From Okamejei kenojei (lineage: Eukaryota): DNA of 64,000 nt. Below the pieces are notes generated by a model, which saw only the letters and a list, made by a program, of their open reading frames with translations, had not been told where the DNA came from and did not search any database. The stretch is taken from positions 97,836,001 to 97,900,000 of the forward strand of contig CM069133.1 of assembly GCA_035221665.1 (NCBI GenBank), written 5' to 3'. The position numbers and the translations under genes are program-made. Below are positions 34,384 through 45,886 of this stretch, one piece after another. Each line of letters opens with the position of its first letter. Position 1 is the stretch's first letter.

Positions 34384-36915
34384 CTGAAGCACATCACAAG
34401 TCGGTGCGATATCAGAGATATATGTGACAGCCTGATCCGTGACCGTTTGATTCATGGCATCCGCAATGATCCGCAACGAGCTACTGCGGGATGCTGACCT
34501 TACCCTAGAGACTGCTGAAAACCGCTGCCGCATTGCTGAAATGGCTGATGCTCACATCAAAGTTTTGGGACACTACTACTCGTGAAGTTAATGCTGCCGG
34601 TATATCTTATCAAATCTCTCGTCGTTTTTCTCACGTGCCGGATGTCAAGTTGAGACTGACTGACAATTGCTTTGACTGTGGGGGTTCACATGCCGCTTTT
34701 CGGAACCGTTGCCCTGCATATGGAATTATGTCGATTTTGCAACAAAATAAACCATTTCCTTAAGTGCTGTTGTTCACATAGCAACAGAGTTCAAACAAGA
34801 CAATTTGGCAATTTGCTTGGCCGTGGAAGCTCTATCTCAAAATTCTCACAACCAGCTCCCATGGATTCACAGGCTGCTGGTGAATGTGTTGATGTCAATG
34901 TGCATGCATTGTCTAATAACATAAACAACTAGACCTCCAGGTCACTTTGCTCATTAATGGCAAAACTCTTTATCTGAAAGTGGATTCTGGAGCTCCCTGC
35001 AATGTTATCTGTCTGGCTGTGTTACAAAAGTTACAAAAAACAGAGACTGTTTCTCCCACAGCTGCATCCCTTGTTCCATTTGCAGGAGGTCGAGTGCACC
35101 CTATCGGTCAAGTTGAGTTACGCTGCTGTCCTAAATCACGTGTCCACAACCTGGATTTCTATGTGGTTCGTGAAAATGTGCCGTCTCTGCTGGGTGCCAA
35201 CGCATGTCTAGACATGGGTCTGATTACTTTCAGCCCTTCTGTCTGTCATCTAACTACAGACTGTGACTTTAACCATCAAATCTTGACGCAATACAAGGTT
35301 TGTTTGACGATAAGCTGGACAGGCTGCCTATCAGGTACATGATTACCATTGACCCTGAGGTAATTCCAGTTGTTCGTCCAGCTCACAACTATGCGGGACC
35401 GTGTTCAAAGTGAACTTCACAGAATGGTGTCTCTAGGTGTGATTACTCCCATAGCAGACCCCTCAGACTGGGTCTCCACCATGGTCATGGCTACCAAGAA
35501 GAACAAAGACGAAATACGGATTTGTATCAACCCCAAAGACTTAAACACAGCAATTAAGCGACCCCACTATCCCATGTGCACTGTGGATGAGATTTCTGCA
35601 CAGATGGCTGTGGCAATTGTCTTCATGGTGCTAGATGCCAAGAGTTCATTCTGGCAGATTTCATTGAAACATAACTCCTCCAAGTTCACCACTTTCAGCA
35701 CTCCGTTCGAGCGTTATAAATTTATTTGCATGCCCTTCGGAATACGTTCTGCTAGTGAAGTATTTCAACGAGCTATGGAGCAGTTGTTTGCAGGCTCCCA
35801 TGCTCCATCGAAGTGGATGATATCCTTGTTGCAGGGCGAATGGTCAAAGAACATGATGCCAATCTGACGAAGGTCTTGGATCATGCCAAGGCCATCAATC
35901 TCAAGCTGAACCCTCAAAAATGCATATTCAGGGTGAATGAGGTTAAATACATAGGTCATGTTTTTACCAAAGTCAGCCTAAAAACTGATCCAGCGAAAAC
36001 CAGAGCTATCAACAAGCTCCCAGCACCCACAGACGTGCTAAGTTTGTAGAGATTCCTTGGCATGGCCAACTACTTGAGCAAATTAATTCCGGGTTTCAGC
36101 GAAATATCAGCCCCATTGTGCCAGCTCATAAACAAAGACACTGCTTGGACTTGGCATGAGTGACAACAGAAGGCGTTCGACACTCTTAAGCAGCAGATGT
36201 CTTGTGCTCCTACTCTTGCTTACTTTGATCCTAAACTACTGGTTACACTAACCTGTGACGCTTCACAACACGGATGAGGCGAAGCATGTCTTCAAAATGA
36301 CGGTAACGGAAATATGCCTGTTGGCCATGCCTCGTGCACTATGAATGACACAGAGATTCCAGGGTTGAAGCGTTTTAGTAATGTGGCCAGATTGGAGAAG
36401 CTCTTGCAGTCCTCTGTGGGTCGGAAGATGTAACAAGAAGATCTGATGGAGGCATTTATAAAAATAAAGCGCATAGATAGAGTAAGTAGAAAGTAACTGT
36501 TTCCATTGCTGAAGGACTTGCGATCATGGGGACCAAGAAAGAAAATTATTATCAAAAGAACCAAACCTTATAAGAAGACAAAATCATTTTAGTCAGTAAA
36601 TGTTTTGGCTCTGGGACAACAGAGGAAGCAGATTCAATTATTTACTTCTATAAAGCAGACTCAATTGTGGTGTTCAAAATGAAAAAAATCTGGGGTCATT
36701 GCTCTTAATTAGAGCCAGTCGAGCTTGAATGGCCAAATGAACTCCTATGTAACTATTACGTAATTCTGTGTTAGCATGAATCTAATCTTTTTCAAAGATG
36801 TAAAATTGTTTTAAATTTGAGATGTACTCCTTCAGCATTATGGAAATAATGCACGTTCCTCAATTTCTGTTGAAAATTTTCAGATCTGATTGCATAACAT
36901 CCAATACAAATCTTA

Positions 36916-37650
36916 TGGGCCTCTCCCACTTAGGCGACTTTTTAGGCGACTGCAGGAGACTACACATGTTCGCGGGTGGTAGCCGGGGAGTCGCCTTCAT
37001 GGTCGTGAGGCGTTCCCGCATTCTGGGAACTAGTCGTGGCCTCATTATGGTCGCCGGTAATTTGAAAAATTAACGGCGACTAGACTGAAGCCGCCATGGA
37101 GAGTAGCAAGAATTCTCGTGCCGTAGGTGGGTCGCCAGGAGGTCGAAGGTTCTTGGAGGTTCTCTTAGGTTGCAGCCGGTGCTGACTGGTGAATTTCATT
37201 GACTCATTGGGGGAAAAAAAACTTAAGCAGTAGTTTTCAGAACCAAGGATATCCGACCGGTAATGTTAAATGTCCGCCGAACTTCACAGCCATGCATCTC
37301 TGGCTTCTTAAAAGTTGTCTCCACTCCTTCTCCCCCCTCTCCCCCCCCCTTTTAAAGGACTTACCGTACACCGTGCTTAATTGCAGCGCCAACCTTCCTG
37401 TTCATCACGGTGTGTGTCGGTATCACCTTGGCTTTGCACTGTGTGAATTTCACTCAGACAGTGCTCCCCCCCGCTTGCCCTGTCCCCTGCCTGCAAAATC
37501 GGCTGGGGAAGGAGGGGGGGGTGGGGGGGGCTGTGTGTGTGTGTGTGTTGTTCCACTCTGACAGTTGCCGTTCCAGTTTGTCAGGCGACTGCCGGCAACT
37601 AGACAGTCACCGGCAGTCGCCGGAAAAATCGCCTAAGTTGGACAGGCTGA
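36916..37650. mobile_element. PIF/Harbinger-like MITE
   Basis: TIRs GGGCCTCTCCCACTTAGGCGACTTTT / AAAAATCGCCTAAGTTGGACAGGC, flanked by TTA and TAA. Confidence 0.7.
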
Positions 37651-37959
37651 TAAGTCTCTTAGTTTATATTACCATTTCTGCTTCTAGTAATAATTTACAC
37701 ACCGGAACATGAGTTCGTTTATGGCTTCTGGCCTTACCCTTGTCTTTCAGCTGTATGTTTAGAACCTACTCAGACCATTTTCATCTCTCTTCTCCGTTGT
37801 GCAAAGTTTTGTGCAGATCAACAAAATCTGGTGAATTTTGACTTGTTGACTTCATTGTGGGATATGTGTGAGATCATTCTAGAAGCTCCAAAGAACAAAA
37901 AGGGAACATCTACTGTGCAGTTGCTGCTGGGTGTCAGTGGAATTAATTGTATGTGTCAG

Positions 37960-38830
37960 TAAAAATCAAAACAGCCCTTTCAGCGCAACCGCTCCATTTT
38001 ATCTAATTGTCTAATCATACTTAGCCATACTGCTCCCTTTTGTTTCGTCTTTCTGTCTAATTCAATCTTGAAAACTGATGTAGATTCTACATCAACTACC
38101 AACTCTAAAATCAAATTCTTCAACTTAACAATTCTCTCTGGAAAGAAATTTCTATTTAACAGCTTTAAAAATATCTTCCATTTAATTTTGTGTCTGGGAT
38201 CCCTGATAACAAAACTATCAAGCTTTTTTTTTAATCTACTATTCTGTCCAAGCAGTTCTTTCATAATCTGCATTGTTCAAACAAGAAGAACAGACATTTT
38301 CAGGTCTTTCCTAGTAATCCAAAAATTAAGGGAGTTCAGCACGATATTGTGAATAAGTGGAGAATCATCATTCTTGTGGGGATATGTTAAGTCCTTGGAG
38401 AAGGTGAAGAGAACATTCAATAGAATGATTTAAATTATAATGAATGTATTATGTGGACACACTAGAAAAGTTAGAATAGCTCGCAAAGTGGGGGCGCTTA
38501 AAGGGAGACTTAATGGAGGTGTTGAAAAATACAGAAAATTTAGGTATTTTGAATAAGGAGAAACTGGTTCCACCAGCAGAGAAGTAAATAGAGAAGACAT
38601 ATTTGTAACATTCATAAAACACCATGTTATGAATTAGAATGTACTGTTTAAAAGTAAGCAGATACAATGTCGATTAGAGTATATACTTGAAAAGGCTAGG
38701 CATTTCAATAGGCATGTCATAGAAGGATCAAACCTAGTCCAGATAAATGAGATTAACATAAATGGACAAAAAGGTCAGCATGGACTTGACAGGATAAAAG
38801 GCCCATTCTATGTTGTACAAGTTCATAGTC
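37960..38830. mobile_element. Ancient CR1 3' remnants in both orientations
   Basis: NFFPERIV...VESTSVFKIELDR on the - strand; CR1 3' UTR-like sequence on the + strand. Confidence 0.5.
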
Positions 38831-39684
38831 CCATGAAATATCACAGTTCTGTAGGAATAGAATGATACGAAGAGATAATCTAAAGGTTCTTGTACTGTAC
38901 TGGCACAAACATGGTGCCTTAAATTTCTCTGTCCTTAATAAATACATGTAATTGGTCTCATTCAGAGTATTCTCCTTGGGCACCTCTTGCCCAGAATTAC
39001 TCCTTAAATTGTATCTGTACCATTGATAAGTATAGTTGTTAATATGTGTTAAACAAAATTGTTTGGAAGAAAAATCATCACATTCTGAACCTTCAATGTG
39101 CACCAGAACTAATTCCTTACTTCTGCCTTTGTTTTCTCTCTCTCTTAGCAGATTTAATTTTTCTCATAATGATCTGATACTATACATGGATCTTTCTGCT
39201 GTTTCTTGAACTGAGACCCTAAATGCTTTCTGTTGCTAATCGTTTCTGACTATGCTGCAGTCTCATGGGCTGAAATAATTGTAAGTATATAATTACAATA
39301 ATTACAGAAGTCAGCTGCAAGTTTTTCATTGAAAAATAAAAGTCACAAAGATGGTAAAGTTATAAAAAAACAGGATTTAGTGAATTCTTAATGACGCATT
39401 TATTTTGGTAGTCATTTTATTCTGATCAATGGTTTGCATGCAGCCATACAAGGTACATTGTGATATTGTGCACAATTGGAAAATAGGTTGTCTGTCAATG
39501 ATCTTTGACCTCGACTTGAGATCTTGCGTGTCTGACTCCAATGTATGTCTGGCAGGTGAAGTTGATTAGTCAGAGATTAGTCCAGAGTACATCAGAATGC
39601 TCCTGGCCAGCGCTTATTAAGAATCTCCACTTCGAACTAATGTTCACAGTACTAAAGCTGTGGCTGTTTTCTCTTTTGCTTTAG

Positions 39685-39795
39685 AAACCATATGCATGTC
39701 AGATCCCCGGCTGTACTAAACGGTATACTGACCCAAGTTCCCTCAGAAAGCACGTGAAGGCACATTCTACAAAAGAGCAGCAGGCGAGAAAGAAG
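39685..39795 (+). CDS. GLIS3: GLIS3 internal coding exon, zinc finger 5 plus basic NLS-like tail: [37 protein letters not shown]
   Basis: TTTTCTCTTTTGCTTTAG acceptor ends at 39684 and a GTGAGT donor starts at 39796. Length is 111 bp, in frame with the previous exon. From recalled sequences, GCTKRY and EQQARKK fit GLIS3 better than GLIS1 (GCSKRY, EQQVRKK). Confidence 0.93.
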
Positions 39796-40842
39796 GTGAG
39801 TTAATTAGTGGCGTTCGAAAAAGAGAATCATGATGACATGGTAAAATAAAGAGTATGTTGATTCTCATGTTGAAGTCAAGTTCTCAACACATGTCTGGTT
39901 GGTCAAATAACTTAACATGCACTGGTTGGGCACATGTATTGTGTGGAAGAATGCAAACTGTAGCAAATGCAAATGGTGCACTACAAGAACCAGGATCACA
40001 AACGCCACACGCATCCACTTCCCTTTAGAAATCTGAAATAGGCAATTTCACTTAAATATTCACTCTTCTAGGATGCTCGCAATATGCATATAATTGTGAG
40101 TTGCTTTGTATTCAGACACAGACGCATTGTACATTGGCCATGTTAAAATATGCTCTTTTTTGTTACTTAATGGTCTCAATGTCGTCTAAAAATCTATTTG
40201 TGCCACCTGCCAACATCAATACATTGTGTGTGGATTAGAAACACTGGGTAACTTCTGAAGTGTTCAGTTAATAGTTCATTTACTGCAGTGCAGACAGAAT
40301 TTACCATTTTGTCCTTTGAACTCCAACTCTGTCAATATGCAAAGCTCCCAAGACATCTTTGTTTTAGTTGAAATCTCCGGTTTCACTTTGGCATGGACTA
40401 GCATTCCCCACTATTAACAATAAAAACTGAAGAAACAATAAATTGTCTTAAAAATGAATTATTACTTTAATTAAACATGAATGCTGGCATGGGGTCAAAC
40501 AAGCTTATACAAAAATGTGCAATTTATAAAATCAAAATAATCATAAAAATTCCAAGGTGATAAAGACTCAATGAAGCAGTGGTGCAGCAATAGGATTCCA
40601 GCTTCCTGCAATGGATAAAAGACCTTGCCTGTCACACCCTGTTAGTCATGCATTCGTTTTTTTATGGTGAGTTTACAAATCCTCTTTTGAACAGACGTGG
40701 GCTTGAAAATATCTTTAAAAATCACACTTGCCATTATTTACCCTTGTGGTTTGCATTTCATAGCTATGGTCCTCAGAATTATTACGCAAGAAGAGTCGAT
40801 AGTCTATTGTTGAGTCAAGACACCATTTATGTTACAAATGAT

Positions 40843-40948
40843 AAACACAAAATGCTGGAGTAACTCAGCGGGGATAGGCAGCATCTCTGGAGAGAAAGAA
40901 TATCTGAGTTGCTCCAGCATTTTGTGTCGATCTTCAGTTAAAATCAGC
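40843..40948. mobile_element. Penelope-derived fold-back repeat
   Basis: ACACAAAATGCTGGAGTAACTCAG / CTGAGTTGCTCCAGCATTTTGTGT. Confidence 0.7.
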
Positions 40949-41269
40949 ATCTGCAGTTCCTTCCTACACATTTATGTTGCTAAGATACTTTTCAAATTAC
41001 TTGCGAAAATGTAATTTTGAAGAACACGTTTCACTATCCAGTAAATCTGAGGTGTTTCCGTTGTTGTGCTGTTGGATACGTTTTCCAATTAACATAGTTT
41101 GTTAATGATGGGCAAATAAATCAAAATGTGTATATTCTTACCTATATATGTAGAATACAGAGCATCCACTGCAATATTTTATTTTAATTAGTCACTTTTT
41201 TTATGGAGTCAGCCAGCAGGAAATTAATTATCGAAAATATAAAAATGGTTATGGCAGAAAAAAATTATG

Positions 41270-41850
41270 GAATTTAATAGGACTTTGCTGAAGTCATGGT
41301 GCAGCTTTGTAGGACTTTGGGTAGTCCACATTTGGAATATTACATGCCATTCTGGTTGCCCATTATAGGAATGATGTGAAGAGTGCTGAGGTGGTTTACC
41401 AGAATAATGCATGGATTAGGGGATATTAGCTACAGGAAAAGGTTGGATTGTTTTCTCTGGAATGCCGGAAGTTGCAGGGAGACCTGATATGAGTATATAA
41501 AATAGAGGGATAGATAGGGTAGACATTTCGAAATCATTTTTCCAGATGGAAAAATCAAATACCGGAGGGCATAGTTTAACATGAGAGGGGCAAAATTTAA
41601 AGGAGATGGGCAGTGCAGGTTTTTGCACAGAGGATGGTAAGTGCCTGGAATATGCTGCCAGGGGCAGTGATTGAGGCAAATACAATAGTGGCATTTAAGA
41701 AACTTTTGGCTAGGCATTTGGATATGCAGAGAATGGAGGGATATTGATTATCTGCCGGCAGATAAGAGATAGTCTTAGCATTATGTTAGGCACAGATGTT
41801 GTGGGTCGAAGAACCTGTTCTTGTGCTGTACTGTTCTATATTCCATGTTC
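41270..41850 (+). mobile_element. Old CR1 3' fragment
   Basis: Degenerate PHLEY...FW coding and a 3' UTR ending ctgtactgttctatattccatgttcta. Confidence 0.75.
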
Positions 41851-44199
41851 TAACAGAAACATCAAATGTATTGAAAGAAAATCTATTTGACTCTAGTAAT
41901 TCTGCATGTGTGTAAATGCTAACTAAAAAACAGCAAACTAGATTAAAGATTGGTCAAATTTTCCCCCACCGTATTCTGTAACACCTCAGTAAGTTACCAT
42001 CTTGCAAAAACTCAACTTTTCCTTTATTTGAGAAGAATCTTAGAAGTAAATTAGAAATAATCATTTCTCGCTGCTATCGTATTACTGTTTTCCAAAGTAT
42101 TTTGATTCAGAATGAAATACTTTGGCAAGCATAATTAGAGGAGTAGTATCAATTCAAGTCATTTGTTTATACCTAAATTCTAATATAGTCATTGCTGACA
42201 TCATTCATTTGTATATATGAATGCATGTCATTGAATATGTGTGAGACTAAGATAAATAAGCAAAAACCTTTACATTAGAAGGAATTATATTTCACTATCA
42301 TGTTAGTTTCATTTTCGCAACAAAACATCCTGCAGCAGTTACTGAAACATCTAAAATAAATACTTTGGGCATATCGAAATAATGCATGTGGAAAAGGAAA
42401 TTTATTGCCGTATGATTTGAAATTATATTTTTAAATGCGTATTAGATATTTACGGTTCATTAGCATATGAACTGACTGCACCTTAGCATCAAATTGTCAG
42501 TCTAACAACTTAATATTCACAGTAGAAAATCAGTGAAAGGATTTTCTACTTGCCATGTTTTGGAACATTATTCACTGGACTACCAATAGCTATAATTCTA
42601 TAAAGTCTTGACATTTTGCTCCATGATTTAGCATGTATGTATATCTCTTGTGGGTGAGGAATCTGAATATAGAGAATATCCATTTTTATTGTGGCCAGAT
42701 TGTATACAGCACTATGTAATGCTGCAGATATTGAAAATTACAAATACCCCCCTTCTGTGCTTAATTTCTCCTGTATCCTATTTTTAACTTACCACACTCC
42801 ATGGAATTAAAAAAAAGTTTTTAACACAGTTATTGAAATTGCACCGGCGACTGGATTAAAAATGAATGACACATTACCAAATTAGTGAGAAAAGCACGTA
42901 AAATAATGAGTCCAGTGATGCTTTTTTTAAACAGAAAATTAGTGTATTCATAGTGATTCCTTTGTATATCCGGTGAAATAATTATGGATTATACTTTAAA
43001 CTAGGAATTGAAATAATAACGATGTGGTTAACTTCCATCTCCAACTTCAATAGCAAGGACATAGTTCATTTAAGAAAGAAGGTGCCTATGTTTTTTAAAA
43101 GTAAATAATTTACAAGTTTACTGTATGACCTAATAGGTCTTGAGAAATTGTTTATTTTATAATTATTAAGGCTAAATTCCTGCCAGTAGAATTTTATTTT
43201 CTTAAGTGTTTAAAATATGTTCTCCCACAGTACACAGTCTTTGCTGTCCAAAGTTATTTTTTCTCTTTTCTTTCCTCATGGAGGAAATAGGTAACTATTT
43301 AATCCTGTGGCTCATGATCAGTAAAATGAAAGCTCATAACAAGAAAATGATCTCATTATATTTTATTGCCTTCTGTGCCTTTTTGTTCCTTGCTTCGTAC
43401 AACGGTACATAATTGTTGATGTTGAAGAAAAACAACATTGTGCAGAACAAGGAAAAATCTGAAGAAGATTTTTAAACATTCCTAAAGGTAATTTAAAATA
43501 TTTTATGAATGTGTAAAGAGGCACATGAAAAGGCTGAGGGTCACTGAACAGAGCACATGGTATCTAGGATACATTCCACACAAAAATGCAATGAAGAGTA
43601 AGTGTTTTAATCCTTAAACCCTAATCCGCCCTTCTTCCTGTCAGGAATGAAATATAAATCTGGCACCATGGTGTGAAGCAATTTTTATTGAAAAGGATGT
43701 TGGCAAAAGAGGATTAGTAATGGGCAAAAGTGTTCAAGGAATTTAATCACACAATTTGTTGTAAAACTTTTCAAGCAATGAGTGACCAATTCTTTTTAAT
43801 GCGGCCAAGAAAAAAACAACAAAAAACACTTTGAAAGGGATTTAGCTGACAATAAACTAAATGCAATAGTGGACAGTTTTAAAATTTGTGCAAACCCTAA
43901 TATCAGAGGCAGGACAGACAACAAGTAAGGATTGCACTTCATTAAATTTTAAACCTCAATGCAGTGAATTACGCTGTGCTATAGATCTATTATCTTAATT
44001 CTAGTGTTAACATGAATCAAATGTAACAGATAATCAATAAGCAGCAGCTAATTCTTTTCAAGATTCATACATTTCATGTGGCCAACTGTTTATACTTTCA
44101 GTCCTGTCAAGCTAACTGCAAGTTACTTCTCTGGTTTAACTGAATGCTATGATCAGTGACAACAAAGCAACAAAGACTTTGTCTTTAAAACAATTCCAG

Positions 44200-44580
44200 A
44201 CTAAACAGCGGTGTTATGTAAAGCAGGTACACAATCTGAGTTTGTTTTTCCCATGTGGCGGCTGCTACATTGTGAGCAATACATTGGTCCAATAAATTGG
44301 AAGTACAAGTGACTCAATTGACTTGGAATAGGTTTTTCTGTTCCTAGATAATGAGAAGGGATGAGATAAAAGGGCCTGTAGTTCACAGAAAGGTGTGTAT
44401 CTGGTGACCATGAACTATCAGTTGCTTGTCACTTTTATTCTCCATCTAACCCTCATCCTGACCTGCCTGTCAATGCCCTTTTATACTCTTCCATTTAGCT
44501 GGAAAACACCTAATCTTCTTCTGACATTGCAGCCTTCAGAATTCAGTATTGAATTCAACATTTGCAGATAATTAACCTTT
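44200..44580. mobile_element. Ancient Penelope GIY-YIG remnant, partly inverted
   Basis: YCSQCS..HMGKT on the - strand; VACHF.SP...tattgaattcaaca on the + strand. Confidence 0.45.
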
Positions 44581-44649
44581 CCAGTTGTATATCCCATATT
44601 TCTACCATTCAGTTTATCAAGTCTTGCCTTTGCCGATATTGCAGATTTA

Positions 44650-45886
44650 ATATACCTCCAGTTACGGAGAAGGATAGGACTGATTCATGAATTAAGGTCC
44701 TAAATTGAGGCAAAGTTGATTTTTCGGAGCACTAGGTGTGAACTTACAGAGGTCAATTGGGGGAGTCTGCTTGCGGGTAAGGGGAGGGCTATCTCTTGGG
44801 AGGCTTTCAAAGGTGACATAGCAATCTAGAGGACTGCATGTTCCTGTTAAGGGGAAGGGGAAGGCCATTAACTTTAGAGAACCCTAGTTGACAAGAGATG
44901 ATGAAGCTCTGGCCAGGAAGAAGAAGGAGGCATGCATCAGATTTAGGCATTCGGCATTAAGTGAATCTTTCCACGAAAGTAAGTGTAGGACCACGCCTAA
45001 GAAAGCAATCAGGAGCACAAAAAGAGAACATGAAATGGAGCTAGACTCAAAATGCTGGAATAATTCAGCGGGACATGCCATGCTGCCTGTTCCGCTGAGT
45101 TACTCCAGCATTTTGTGTCTACCTTCGGTTTAAATCAGCATCTGCAGTTCCTTCCTACTCATGAAATAGAGCTGGCAGGCAAGGTAAAGGAAACCCCCAA
45201 TAGATTCCACAGGTATACGAATAGATCCCCTTAAAGATCAGCATGACAGTCCACACGTGGAATTACAAGATATATGAATCAAATGAATACTTCTTCACCA
45301 TTTTTACCGAGGAGAAGATCACGGAAGCTAGGGAATTGAAGCATTAAAGTTGTGATGTCTTAGATCAAATACAAATTGCCGAAGAGGAGGTATTGGCAGC
45401 GTAAAGGACATTAAGGTGGATAAGTCCCCAGGGCCTAACCAAGTACATATTTGGATGTTGTGGGAAGCTTTGTGGGAAATTGTGGAGGCCCTTGCAGCAA
45501 TATTTGCATCATCTTTAGCCACCAGTGAAGTTTCAGGAGACTGGAGAGTGGTGCATTATTTAAGAAGGACAGCAAGGACAGGCCAGAGAACTACAAGCTG
45601 GTGTGACTGACATCAATAATGGGAAAGCTGATGGATGGATTATTTGGGATGGATCTATCAGCATTTAAATAGGCACAGACAGATTAGGGAAGGTCACAAT
45701 GGTATTCTGTGTGGAAAACCATGTCTCATAAAACTGATAAGAGATTTTTGCAGAGGTCACCCTGAGGATCGATGGTGGCAGGGCAGTGGACGTTGTCTAT
45801 GCAATCTTTTGTAAGTGCTTTGACAACGTCCTGCTTTATAGGCTTGTCTGAAGGTGAACTAGCCAATGGATTCAACATTGATTTGG
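44650..45886 (+). mobile_element. Old CR1 ORF2 remnant (resumes at 49080-49170), with a Penelope fold-back at about 45046-45157
   Basis: DKSPGPNQVH...LAAIFASSLAT..DWRV. The host sequence continues after the Rex1 insertion. Confidence 0.75.

Larger units (their letters stand above)
31659..36350 (+). mobile_element. Decayed Gypsy/Ty3 LTR retrotransposon (5' LTR, PBS, gag, protease, RT, RNase H start; integrase and 3' LTR missing)
   Basis: AATAAA and ...GCAACA end at 31838, then PBS TGGTGTCAGA. Gag MASALRKP...DWRVFEKDF from 31918 and IRDRLIHGIR after 34384. Protease KVDSGA, RT (IRICINPKDLN, LDAKSSFWQI, MPFGI, DDILV) and RNase H (TCDAS). The LTR start is uncertain. Confidence 0.85.
30944..39684 (+). 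other. GLIS3: GLIS3 GT-AG intron (8741 bp) between the two zinc-finger exons
   Basis: GT at 30944 and AG at 39683-39684; splicing gives a continuous ...THLDT|KPYAC... linker. Confidence 0.9.

Noticed and set aside
30782-39795. Assignment to GLIS1, GLIS2, GLI or ZIC
   Set aside because: [12 protein letters not shown] and HLDT exclude GLI, ZIC and GLIS2. GCTKRY and EQQARKK favour GLIS3 over GLIS1; synteny would confirm.
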